Source: a virus | Lineage: Duplodnaviria; Caudoviricetes | Direction: 5' to 3' (one strand) | DNA length: 44,501 nt | Virus record (IMG/VR): IMGVR_UViG_3300020044_005741 | Span: 1 to 44,501 of that record | Part shown: piece after piece, positions 18,977 through 27,184 of the stretch | Position numbering within the stretch: the stretch's first letter is position 1 | Layout of the letters: every line of letters starts with the position of its first letter | Notes under the pieces: model-generated | The model's database searches: none | Seen by the model: only the letters and a program-made list of their open reading frames with translations | Told to the model about the DNA's origin: nothing | Translations under genes and position numbers: made by a program

Positions 18977-19625
18977 CCCAGAAGAAATGCAAATATTTAA
19001 CATGAAGCTGGATATTTGCTCGCTAATGGTTGCCGAAAGAAATATGACTGAGGCAAATAGATTACTTATAATCAATTTTTTAACTTCGCAATTTAAGGAT
19101 ATGAGCGCGAATGATTTAGAGGAGGCGGTGAAAATGTACTTAGGAAAGAAACTTAATTGCGACGCGCAGTATTGCGCAAAAATGAGCGCTGAATACTTAG
19201 GTATCATATTATCATCGTATCGAGTTTACAAGCGAGAAAAACAAGCAACAGAGAGAAATATATTACCAAGTGTAACAACTGAAATAATAAAAAGCGACGA
19301 AGATAACTATAACGAGGTGGTAAATTACATTGAAAGAAATGCTAAGTTACCAGAATGGGGAAGCAATATTTATCTATCTGCTTACGAGTATTTGGTTTCC
19401 GAAATAACAAAACCAACAGACGACGAAAAAAGGATATTTGCTGAATCGGTGCGCGAAAAATTAAAACGTGAGCAGGATTTTGCAAGGTTAGAAGGTTATA
19501 CTATGACGGCTCGCGCTAAGGTTAACCAGTTGCAAGATATGCTAACGCGTCCGCAAACATTCGCTAATCATTGCCGAGTTGAGTACATTAAAGACTATCT
19601 AATTAAAAAATATTTAAAATTATGA
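18879..19625 (+). CDS. Hypothetical replication-associated protein
   Basis: 248 aa overlapping initiator end; function inferred from position only. Confidence 0.65.
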   Translation: MEHNLQNRNESKKSLTADTVQTLGSKPLRAITSPEEMQIFNMKLDICSLMVAERNMTEANRLLIINFLTSQFKDMSANDLEEAVKMYLGKKLNCDAQYCAKMSAEYLGIILSSYRVYKREKQATERNILPSVTTEIIKSDEDNYNEVVNYIERNAKLPEWGSNIYLSAYEYLVSEITKPTDDEKRIFAESVREKLKREQDFARLEGYTMTARAKVNQLQDMLTRPQTFANHCRVEYIKDYLIKKYLKL

Positions 19626-20257
19626 AAGTACTAAATTTATACGCTTGCTTAGGCGGCAACAGATACAAATGGACAGACTGCGAAGTAACAGCAGTTGAAT
19701 TAGATAGTGAACTTGCAAGAATGTACAAAGAGCGTTTTCCTAATGATACGGTAATAGTTGCAGACGCGCATCAATATTTATTAGACCATTACAAAGAGTT
19801 TGATTTTATATGGAGTTCGCCGCCTTGTCCGACACATTCAAAAAGCAGGTTCTGGGCTTATGGAAAAACAATGGCTGTTTACCCTGACATGAAGTTATAT
19901 GAAGAAATTATTTTTTTACAGCATCATTCACTTGAAAATCAAAAGTGGGTGGTTGAAAACGTAAACGGGTATTACGAGCCATTAATTCCTGCGCAAAAAA
20001 GAGGTAGGCATTTATTTTGGTCAAATTTCAAATTGCCAAATATTTATAAAAAAGACGTTACAGGAAAAATGAATTTTGATAGTAAGCATGAACCTTTAAA
20101 AAAGTTTCACGAGATAGAAAACTTTGATTATAAAGGTGAACAAAACAAGTTAAAAATATTAAGAAACCTTGTTGATTATGAAGTTGGCTTAACAATATTC
20201 AACACCGCTAGAGGAATTATCAAGAAAAATAATTTGAAACAAACTGAATTATTTTAA
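19622..20257 (+). CDS. Short C5-cytosine DNA methyltransferase
   Basis: KVLNLYACLGG (motif I variant), SPPC (IV), VENV (VI). Confidence 0.85.
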   Translation: MKVLNLYACLGGNRYKWTDCEVTAVELDSELARMYKERFPNDTVIVADAHQYLLDHYKEFDFIWSSPPCPTHSKSRFWAYGKTMAVYPDMKLYEEIIFLQHHSLENQKWVVENVNGYYEPLIPAQKRGRHLFWSNFKLPNIYKKDVTGKMNFDSKHEPLKKFHEIENFDYKGEQNKLKILRNLVDYEVGLTIFNTARGIIKKNNLKQTELF

Positions 20258-20273
20258 AATATTCTTGAAAAAG

Positions 20274-20305
20274 TTTGCAAATAAAAAAAAAACACCCTAT
20301 ATTCG
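20274..20305 (+). promoter_or_regulatory. Bacteroidetes-type promoter
   Basis: TTTG-N20-TATATTCG upstream of ATG 20329. Confidence 0.55.
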
Positions 20306-20328
20306 TTGAAATTATTAAAACAAACGAT

Positions 20329-20484
20329 ATGAAAACAAAGATTTGTACAAGAAAAGAAGCATTTGAAGCAGCAAGAGAACACTTCAATAGAAAAAGATTA
20401 AGAGGCGTAGACGTAGCATTAATGGGAGGAAACAACCCATACTACTTATTTATTTTTAAAGGTGAATCTTTTGAAACTAGATAA
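20329..20484 (+). CDS. Hypothetical protein
   Basis: MKTKICTR... after promoter. Confidence 0.6.
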   Translation: MKTKICTRKEAFEAAREHFNRKRLRGVDVALMGGNNPYYLFIFKGESFETR

Positions 20485-20644
20485 TATGACAGCCACAAAA
20501 GAATGGGGAGGCGCTCGAAAAGGTTCGGGCGCTAAACCAAAATACAACGAGAAAACAACTACCATCGCTTTTCGTGTACCGATTAGCAAAGTCGATGAGG
20601 TTAAGGAAATAATCAAAAACAAACAAACACAATGGAAAAGTTAA
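20462..20644 (+). CDS. Small basic DNA-binding-like protein (RHH-like)
   Basis: WGGARKGSGAKP...TIAFRVP pattern. Confidence 0.65.
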   Translation: MNLLKLDNMTATKEWGGARKGSGAKPKYNEKTTTIAFRVPISKVDEVKEIIKNKQTQWKS

Positions 20645-21084
20645 AATTTAATTGGTGCGCAGCTGAGTTGAGTACCATCTACAAAGTAAAACATAAGCCA
20701 AGCGTTAAGATAGGTTGCAGCCAAGATTCGTACAAGTACATTAAAAATATCTTTGATACTCAAGAGCAGCACGTTGAGCAATTTAATGTGTTTTATTTGA
20801 ATCGAAACAATATGATAATAGGCTGGAAACATATTGGTGTCGGAGGGGTTGCTGGTGTTGTTGCTGACACAAAAATAATTATGAAGCACGCCTTAGATAT
20901 TTGCGCCAGTGCTATAATATTATCACATAACCACCCAAGCGGAAATAAGAAAGCAAGTTATCAAGACATTCAGCTAACCAACAAAGTAAAAGAAGCAGTA
21001 AAATTATTTGATATGACTTTACTTGACCATATTATTATCTGCGATGATTCTTATTTAAGTATGGCTGACGAAGGTTTAATTTAA
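20632..21084 (+). CDS. radC: RadC-like JAB-domain protein
   Basis: E..F....LN, HNHPSG, S..D, LLDHIII motifs. Confidence 0.9.
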   Translation: MEKLKFNWCAAELSTIYKVKHKPSVKIGCSQDSYKYIKNIFDTQEQHVEQFNVFYLNRNNMIIGWKHIGVGGVAGVVADTKIIMKHALDICASAIILSHNHPSGNKKASYQDIQLTNKVKEAVKLFDMTLLDHIIICDDSYLSMADEGLI

Positions 21085-21102
21085 TAACTAAAAACAAAAA
21101 CA

Positions 21103-21375
21103 ATGGAAAACAGAAAACTAATTTACGTTTATACCAAGAGCGGTCAGCTGGTGAATAGCACACCCTTTATTGGTATCGAAAAAGCACTTGAATTTTTGGT
21201 GAAGAAAGCCGAGATTGAATTTGATGTAACCGAAAATGATAAAACTTGTTGGCGCAATGGAATAATGGAACGATGCAGAACGAACGGTGAGAAATACGCT
21301 GGCTATTATTGGCGAAGCAGACCGACAACGGTTTTCAAAACAGCGCAGAAATTTAAAACGGTTAAAGTTTATTAG
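21103..21375 (+). CDS. Hypothetical protein (NUMOD1-like)
   Basis: IYVYTKSGQLV...AGYYWR pattern. Confidence 0.6.
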   Translation: MENRKLIYVYTKSGQLVNSTPFIGIEKALEFLVKKAEIEFDVTENDKTCWRNGIMERCRTNGEKYAGYYWRSRPTTVFKTAQKFKTVKVY

Positions 21376-21694
21376 TATGAAAGCACCCGAAAGAACAACT
21401 TACATCTACCGAATAGTAGGTGAGCAAAGACACCTAGAAATGGTATGCCCAACCGTAATGGCAGCATCGAGATTTGTGGCTAAAGAGTTGGAGTTGAATG
21501 TGGCTAACTTTAGAGTAGAGCCGCACATAGACACAGAGATACCAGTAGGAAATACCTACGTATTAACATCTTACCTTAAATGGAAGTCAAAGGAAAAGCA
21601 GCAAAGTGATGACATTATAGAGCATTTTAGCAATCCTAAACCTCAACATTTGCGTTTTACTGGATTTAATTTTAAGTTTGAGGAAAATGAATAA
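21287..21694 (+). CDS. Hypothetical protein (true start probably MKAPER at 21377)
   Basis: Continuous operon. Confidence 0.6.
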   Translation: MRNTLAIIGEADRQRFSKQRRNLKRLKFISMKAPERTTYIYRIVGEQRHLEMVCPTVMAASRFVAKELELNVANFRVEPHIDTEIPVGNTYVLTSYLKWKSKEKQQSDDIIEHFSNPKPQHLRFTGFNFKFEENE

Positions 21695-21962
21695 GAATTG
21701 TGAAATATGCGGAAAAGAATTCTTTTTAATAAAAAAGAATAAGAAGTATTGCTCTGTTGAGTGTAGAGAAAAAAACAAAGAAATACAACATAATAAATAC
21801 TTTATATCCTGCAATCATCTTTCTACTGTGTATAGTAGAAGAATTCTAAAAAACATAATTCCAATGCCTTGCCTAGAGTGTAATTGTGAAGTAATAGAAA
21901 TTTATAAAAGAAGTAGAAATGCAAATACAAATAACGAAACTATCAGAGTCAATTTTGAATGA
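21678..21962 (+). CDS. Cys-rich putative zinc-binding protein
   Basis: CEICGKEF...YCSVEC and CLEC. Confidence 0.6.
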   Translation: MRKMNKNCEICGKEFFLIKKNKKYCSVECREKNKEIQHNKYFISCNHLSTVYSRRILKNIIPMPCLECNCEVIEIYKRSRNANTNNETIRVNFE

Positions 21963-22179
21963 TGGTCAGCCTGAAAGAGCAATTTATGAATACTTATTGG
22001 AAACATACAAAAACATTAAAAGTTTTGAATGCGTTGACAATATCACTCTAAACACAGAAAACATATTAGAATCAACAAACAATAAAACCACTATCAGCGA
22101 AATTGAATTCATAGAATATGTCGAAAAGGCGGTTTTTTTGTTAAAAACACCACTAGGAATAGATATATGCGAAGAATAG
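21919..22179 (+). CDS. Hypothetical protein
   Basis: 86 aa. Confidence 0.6.
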   Translation: MQIQITKLSESILNDGQPERAIYEYLLETYKNIKSFECVDNITLNTENILESTNNKTTISEIEFIEYVEKAVFLLKTPLGIDICEE

Positions 22180-22457
22180 CAAGAACAGACGACAACCAAC
22201 AATTAATAGTTAAGCAGTTGCGCCAGCTTGGGTGCAGCGTTGCCATTACTTCAATGATTGGGAAAGGGTTTCCTGACCTAGTGATTGGATATAAAAATAA
22301 AAATTTCTTGGTAGAATTGAAGGATGGAAGCAAACCAAAAAGCCAAAAAGGACTTACAATGGATGAGGCGAAGTTCTTCACCGCGTGGTCTGGTCAAATT
22401 GATAAATGCGAATCATTAGAAGAAATTTGCAAGGTAATTGGAATAATACTTTTTTGA
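22167..22457 (+). CDS. PD-(D/E)XK nuclease (VRR-NUC/resolvase-like)
   Basis: GKGFPDLVIG...LVELK. Confidence 0.8.
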   Translation: MRRIARTDDNQQLIVKQLRQLGCSVAITSMIGKGFPDLVIGYKNKNFLVELKDGSKPKSQKGLTMDEAKFFTAWSGQIDKCESLEEICKVIGIILF

Positions 22458-22458
22458 T

Positions 22459-22635
22459 ATGGATGATTACGATTTAATGCCGTTCGGCAAATACAAAGGT
22501 TATGAATTGGGCGATGTACCAGCCGAGTACTTATTGAATATTCTAAGAAGCGGTGAGGCTACGGGGCAACTCAAAGAATACATCGAGGATGTAAAAGATA
22601 TATTAGAGTTGGAGATGCAAAGTAAATTGAATTGA
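22459..22635 (+). CDS. Small MPFGKYKG-motif protein (DUF3820-like), 58 aa
   Basis: Manually translated MDDYDLMPFGKYKG...DVPAEYL. Confidence 0.75.
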   Translation: MDDYDLMPFGKYKGYELGDVPAEYLLNILRSGEATGQLKEYIEDVKDILELEMQSKLN

Positions 22636-22852
22636 AAGCCTCAATACATAGCAAGATAGTTAACGGTAAATGCGCCACGAATAAAGGCAGCATATCAAAA
22701 GCCTTTGAACAATTCGAGGGAAAAGAGATAACCATTACCATTGAAAAGAAAAAAAGGAAGCGTAGCAACGAGCAGAACGCTTATTTGTGGGGGTGTGTTT
22801 ATCCATTAGTTAAAATGCAATTCTATGAAACGTGCGGTGAAGTGTTTACCAT

Positions 22853-23511
22853 CGATATGTGTATGAGTAGTGGCACTTGTACACAATTTCAAATTAGCAA
22901 TAAACTATCCGTGCCATTGCTTATACACGGTGTTAGTAGCCGTTTTTTATTCACGAATTTAATTAAAAATCAAATATATGGGAAGTGTAACTTACAAAAA
23001 TCAACCTGCAATTAACAAGACAAAAGGTAATGTGCCGTTGGCAGGAACGAGCCACATTTACAGAGTGCAAAAGAAACTATGGAATGATAGTATTGAAGAT
23101 GTTTTGCAGGGATTATTTATTGGTAAAACATTACACGTTTGCTGTGGTAAATCATTACTTGGTGACGTGAGATTGGATGCTGATGCTGAAAATAATCCTG
23201 ATATAATTTGCGATGCTTCAAATATGAAAGACTTTGTAAAGGATAACGAATTTGAAACCGTGATTTGTGACCCACCATACAACGGTAATTTCCAATGGAA
23301 TCACGATTTATTGGCAGAACTTTCAAGAGTAGCAAGTAAAAGGATTATTTTTCAGCATTGGTTTATCCCTGCAAACCCAACAGGAACATACAAAAAAGCA
23401 CAGGAAAAGTTTCTTTTGTCTGATGTATTAGTGTGGCAGCCCAAAACTTACTTTGGTCGGGTGCAGGTTGTTTCTGTATTCGATGCTGTTTCTTAAAATG
23501 GCTACTAACGA
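22853..23511. mobile_element. Integron-like gene cassette with split attC-like site
   Basis: CGA at both junctions; GGCTACTAAC (23500-23509) complementary to GTTAGTAGCC (22932-22941); 18-bp stem 22859-22876/22911-22928. Confidence 0.8.
22978..23496 (+). CDS. SAM-dependent (amino-)methyltransferase-like cassette cargo
   Basis: LHVCCG SAM-binding-like loop, IICDA, VICDPPY catalytic motif. Confidence 0.8.
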   Translation: MGSVTYKNQPAINKTKGNVPLAGTSHIYRVQKKLWNDSIEDVLQGLFIGKTLHVCCGKSLLGDVRLDADAENNPDIICDASNMKDFVKDNEFETVICDPPYNGNFQWNHDLLAELSRVASKRIIFQHWFIPANPTGTYKKAQEKFLLSDVLVWQPKTYFGRVQVVSVFDAVS

Positions 23512-23733
23512 GGAGGTTCACGAAATAATGAAGATGAAGTTCAACAGCGTGGAATTGATTAACGAAGATACGGGAGAGGTTATAGTAGTACCTAAAAGCA
23601 CAACGAAAAACACTAAGTTTGAACAGGAACAATACCACGAACAGATAAGAAACTTTGCGAAAGAGTGGTTTAATATTCACATACCGTTGCCGAATGAAGA
23701 AATTATACTAAATTCGTAAAAACAAACAAATCA

Positions 23734-24033
23734 ATGCGAATAAGTGAAAATTTTGATAGTGAGCAAAGGATTATAATAGATAGAATTCTTGTCGATATGT
23801 GGGAAACAATGACGGAGGAAAATTGTAAAGAGTACTACGAATATCTAAAAGAAAAGCTATATTTACATCAAGTGCCGAAAGAAGTTGATTATAGGCACGT
23901 ATTAAAGCAAAGGTTACATGGTAGGATAAAATGGGCTTTAATTACTTGCAACGTGCCGCGACTACTTAAAATGGAAAGAGAAAGAGAAACGTATAAAAGA
24001 CCATACTTCATCGAAATAATGACAAGAATATGA
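23734..24033 (+). CDS. Hypothetical protein
   Basis: 99 aa. Confidence 0.7.
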   Translation: MRISENFDSEQRIIIDRILVDMWETMTEENCKEYYEYLKEKLYLHQVPKEVDYRHVLKQRLHGRIKWALITCNVPRLLKMERERETYKRPYFIEIMTRI

Positions 24034-24176
24034 ATACGAAAATAAAAGCAGTAGTTAAAGGAGTTTTGATAGTAGGTGTTGCGGCATCATTCGCAGCAGT
24101 TACATACTTTGCCAGCTTCGCAATAGCGTTTAGCGTTTATTCGCTAGTGGCTTGTTACTTTATGCTGAATAAATAG
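24030..24176 (+). CDS. Small hydrophobic membrane protein (48 aa)
   Basis: Manually translated; ATGA overlap with upstream gene. Confidence 0.55.
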   Translation: MNTKIKAVVKGVLIVGVAASFAAVTYFASFAIAFSVYSLVACYFMLNK

Positions 24177-24272
24177 GTATGAGCGATAAGAAGATTAAAC
24201 AGTATTACACTAGGATAATTAAAGAGGCTTTAAAAGAAGTTGAGAAAAGACAAAACAATAAAAAGAAAATAA

Positions 24273-24812
24273 ATGGAAACAAAAAGCGTTAAAATATCGG
24301 AGATTAAACCTAACCCGAATAACCCACGACTAATCAAAGATGATAAGTTTGCCAAGCTGGTGAAGTCAGTTAAAGACTTCCCTGAGATGCTGACCATTCG
24401 CCCGATAGTGGTTAATAGCGACATGATTATATTAGGCGGCAATATGCGATATAAAGCGTGCAAGGAAGCTGGGTTAAAAGAGATACCCGTTATTATTGCC
24501 GAAGGATTAACAGAGCAGCAGCAGAAGGAATTTCTGATAAAAGATAATGTGAGTGGTGGTGAATGGGATTGGGATATGTTGGCTAATGAGTGGGAGGTTG
24601 AGCAGTTAGAAGAGTGGGGATTAACCATCAATAATTTCAATACAGATAATATTGATTTAGATGCTTTTTTTGAAGATAGCAATGAGCAAAAAGAACAAAA
24701 AAATAAAATTGTACTTGAGTACACGGATGAAGAATTTGAATTAATAAATGAAGAATTTAAAAAACATTCAGGAAGCAAAGAGCAGATAATTTTTAAATTA
24801 CTTGGATTATGA
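24273..24812 (+). CDS. ParB/Srx-like N-terminal domain protein
   Basis: IKPNPNNPR...RPIVV...ILGGNMRYKAC...IKDN. Confidence 0.85.
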   Translation: METKSVKISEIKPNPNNPRLIKDDKFAKLVKSVKDFPEMLTIRPIVVNSDMIILGGNMRYKACKEAGLKEIPVIIAEGLTEQQQKEFLIKDNVSGGEWDWDMLANEWEVEQLEEWGLTINNFNTDNIDLDAFFEDSNEQKEQKNKIVLEYTDEEFELINEEFKKHSGSKEQIIFKLLGL

Positions 24813-25564
24813 TTGTTTATTTAGCGGGATTTAAAACTATAGAAAAAACGTGGAACAAACCTACAAAAGATATTTATTTATTAAGCTCATTTTGGGAACA
24901 TAAAAATGGAAAATTTGGCGAATATGTAACACAAGAAAAACATATTTTAGATAGTGGGGCATTTTCTGCAATAAATGACAAAACAGGAAAGTATAAAAAT
25001 TTCGATTGGGATGCTTATGTAAAAAAATACATTGCGTTTATAAAACATACTAATCAAAAGCTTTTTTTTGAATTAGATATTGACTGCGTGGTGGGTTTAA
25101 AAAAAGTAGAATACTATAGAAAACAAATTGAAGACGCTATTGGAATACCTCCTATTGTTTGCTGGCATTCAAATAGAGGTTCTGATTATTGGATTAAATC
25201 TTGTGAAGATTATCCTTATGTAGCTTTAGGAACAACAACAGCAAGTAATGCGGGTAAAAAGATAAGAGCAAATCCTGAAATACTACATTGGTTTATCAAT
25301 CATGCGCATAAAAATAAAGCCAAAATTCATGGATTGGGTTTTACTTCAACTCCTTGGTTAAAAAAATTAAAATTTGATAGTGTAGATAGTACGACTTGGA
25401 ATGTAGGCGGAAAATTTGGTAATGTTGTTTGTTTTGATAAGCAAGGATTGCCAACACAAAGATATAAAATGGATAAAACAAAAAAAGCAAAAACAATAGA
25501 GATAAATTTATACAATTTCAATCAATGGCTTAAATTTCAAAAATATGCAGAAAATAATTTATAA
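24809..25564 (+). CDS. TGT-fold DNA deazaguanine transglycosylase-like protein (DpdA-like)
   Basis: ILDSGAFS, ELDID, IHGLG, DSVDSTTW motifs; directly upstream of que genes. Confidence 0.75.
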   Translation: MIVYLAGFKTIEKTWNKPTKDIYLLSSFWEHKNGKFGEYVTQEKHILDSGAFSAINDKTGKYKNFDWDAYVKKYIAFIKHTNQKLFFELDIDCVVGLKKVEYYRKQIEDAIGIPPIVCWHSNRGSDYWIKSCEDYPYVALGTTTASNAGKKIRANPEILHWFINHAHKNKAKIHGLGFTSTPWLKKLKFDSVDSTTWNVGGKFGNVVCFDKQGLPTQRYKMDKTKKAKTIEINLYNFNQWLKFQKYAENNL

Positions 25565-25565
25565 C

Positions 25566-26183
25566 ATGAAAAAAGCAGTAATATTACTAAGTGGTGGACA
25601 AGACAGTACAACGTGCTTATATTGGGCAAAAAAACAATTTAATGATATTTATGCAATCGGGTTTGATTACGGTCAAAAACATAAAAATGAGCTTGAATCG
25701 GCTCAAAAAATTTGCGATAAAGAAAATATCAATTTTAAGATATTAAACATTGAACACTTATTAAATGTAAATAATGAAACTAACCTAAGACTAACAGAAG
25801 GTAGAAATAGTTTGTTTATCACAATAGCTGGTATATATGCAAAATCTTTAGGTATCACAGATTTAATAACTGGAACTTGCCAAATGGATTTCAACGACTA
25901 TCCCGATTGCCGAAGAAAATTTATTGATAGTATTCAATTAACCTTATCTTTAGGGATAGATATAGATTTTAGAATACATACTCCGTTGATGTATTTAACA
26001 AAAGCAGAAACATGGAAAATGGCTAAAGAATTAAATGTTCTTGATATAATTATAAATGACACCAGAACAGATTATAATGGGTCAGATATTTTTAATGAGT
26101 GGGGTTATGGGGTTAATGATAATCATGCAACTGAGTTAAGAGTAAAAGGGTTTTATGAAGCAAAAGAAAAAGGTTGGATATGA
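25566..26183 (+). CDS. queC: 7-cyano-7-deazaguanine synthase-like
   Basis: LSGGQDSTT, FDYGQKH, GRN, YPDCR, TPLMYLTK. Confidence 0.9.
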   Translation: MKKAVILLSGGQDSTTCLYWAKKQFNDIYAIGFDYGQKHKNELESAQKICDKENINFKILNIEHLLNVNNETNLRLTEGRNSLFITIAGIYAKSLGITDLITGTCQMDFNDYPDCRRKFIDSIQLTLSLGIDIDFRIHTPLMYLTKAETWKMAKELNVLDIIINDTRTDYNGSDIFNEWGYGVNDNHATELRVKGFYEAKEKGWI

Positions 26184-26229
26184 TAATAAAAAAAAAATAT
26201 CATAATAAATACTATTCAACTGAAAAAAT

Positions 26230-26586
26230 ATGAATATAATTAGCAAAGAATTTCATTTTAGTTCATCGCACCGAATAGACGGGTTATGTGATGGACACCC
26301 TTGCGGAAGATTGCATGGACACAATTATGTTTTAAAGGTATATTTGAAAGGAGAGCCAAACGAAGTTGGTTTTGTTCAAGATTACAACGATTTAAGACCA
26401 ATTAATGACTGGATAAATAATAACTTAGACCACAAGCACTTAAATGATGTGTTTGAATTCAATCCAACTGTTGAATTTATGAGTAAACACATTTTTAATA
26501 TCTTTAAAAAAGAATTTCCAAAACTACACGCTATTTCAATGAGTGAAACGCCAAAAACAAACTGCTATTATGAGCCAACATACTAA
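26230..26586 (+). CDS. queD: 6-carboxy-5,6,7,8-tetrahydropterin synthase
   Basis: SH, CGRLHGHNY, LDHKHLN, PTVE, ETP. Confidence 0.92.
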   Translation: MNIISKEFHFSSSHRIDGLCDGHPCGRLHGHNYVLKVYLKGEPNEVGFVQDYNDLRPINDWINNNLDHKHLNDVFEFNPTVEFMSKHIFNIFKKEFPKLHAISMSETPKTNCYYEPTY

Positions 26587-27184
26587 ATTAAAAATCTCTG
26601 AAATCTTCTATTCGTTGCAAGGAGAGGGGGCAAGAATTGGAACGCCTACAATATTTATAAGACTATCAGGCTGTAAGACAAAAAATGCCTGTTTTGCATC
26701 TGGTATAAAATGCGATACTGAATTTGAAAGCGGAAAAGAAATGCCAATAGAAGATATTAAAAAATGGTGCGTTGATAATGCGCCACAATGCAGAGAAATA
26801 ACGTGGACTGGTGGAGAGCCAACCGACCAACTTACAGAAGATATAATTGAGTTTTTTAATGCTCAAGAATATTTTCAAGCAATAGAAACAAGCGGACTAA
26901 ATCCAGTACCAAAAGGTTTGGATTTTATTTGCGTATCTCCAAAAGTTGCCGAGCATGTAGTAGCAAAAAATTTTCCTGATGGCGTTGATGAATTGCGATA
27001 TGTGAGGCATAAAGGGCAAGATGTACCAAAGCCAAGCATTCCAGCAAAACACTATTGGTTAAGTCCTCATTCGGACGGCTTCACAATCAATTCTGAAAAT
27101 CTTAAACATTGTATTGAACTCTGTAAACAAAACCCACAATGGAAATTATCACTACAAAACCACAAAATATGGAAAGTACTATAA
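26570..27184 (+). CDS. queE: 7-carboxy-7-deazaguanine synthase (radical SAM)
   Basis: [41 protein letters not shown]. Confidence 0.9.
   Translation: MSQHTKLKISEIFYSLQGEGARIGTPTIFIRLSGCKTKNACFASGIKCDTEFESGKEMPIEDIKKWCVDNAPQCREITWTGGEPTDQLTEDIIEFFNAQEYFQAIETSGLNPVPKGLDFICVSPKVAEHVVAKNFPDGVDELRYVRHKGQDVPKPSIPAKHYWLSPHSDGFTINSENLKHCIELCKQNPQWKLSLQNHKIWKVL

Larger units (their letters stand above)
22632..23719 (+). pseudogene. NinB/YbcN-like gene interrupted by a 656-bp insertion
   Basis: KRKRSNEQNAYLWG motif in the 5' half; joining 22632..22855 to 23512..23719 gives an intact 143-aa ORF (...GEVFTIEEVHEIMK...KSTTK). Confidence 0.85.

Noticed and set aside
22632-23015. 127-aa ORF as a standalone gene
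   Set aside because: Its last ~50 residues are read-through into the inserted hairpin.
22853-23511. Group I/II intron or IS explanation for the insert
   Set aside because: Non-coding part is only ~135 nt, there is no homing nuclease, RT or transposase, and the ends fit an attC-like hairpin better.
23453-23719. 88-aa ORF as a standalone gene
   Set aside because: It is the distal half of the interrupted ninB-like gene.
24230-24778. 182-aa minus-strand ORF
   Set aside because: Antisense shadow of the ParB-like gene; the same applies to the other short antisense ORFs inside well-supported genes.
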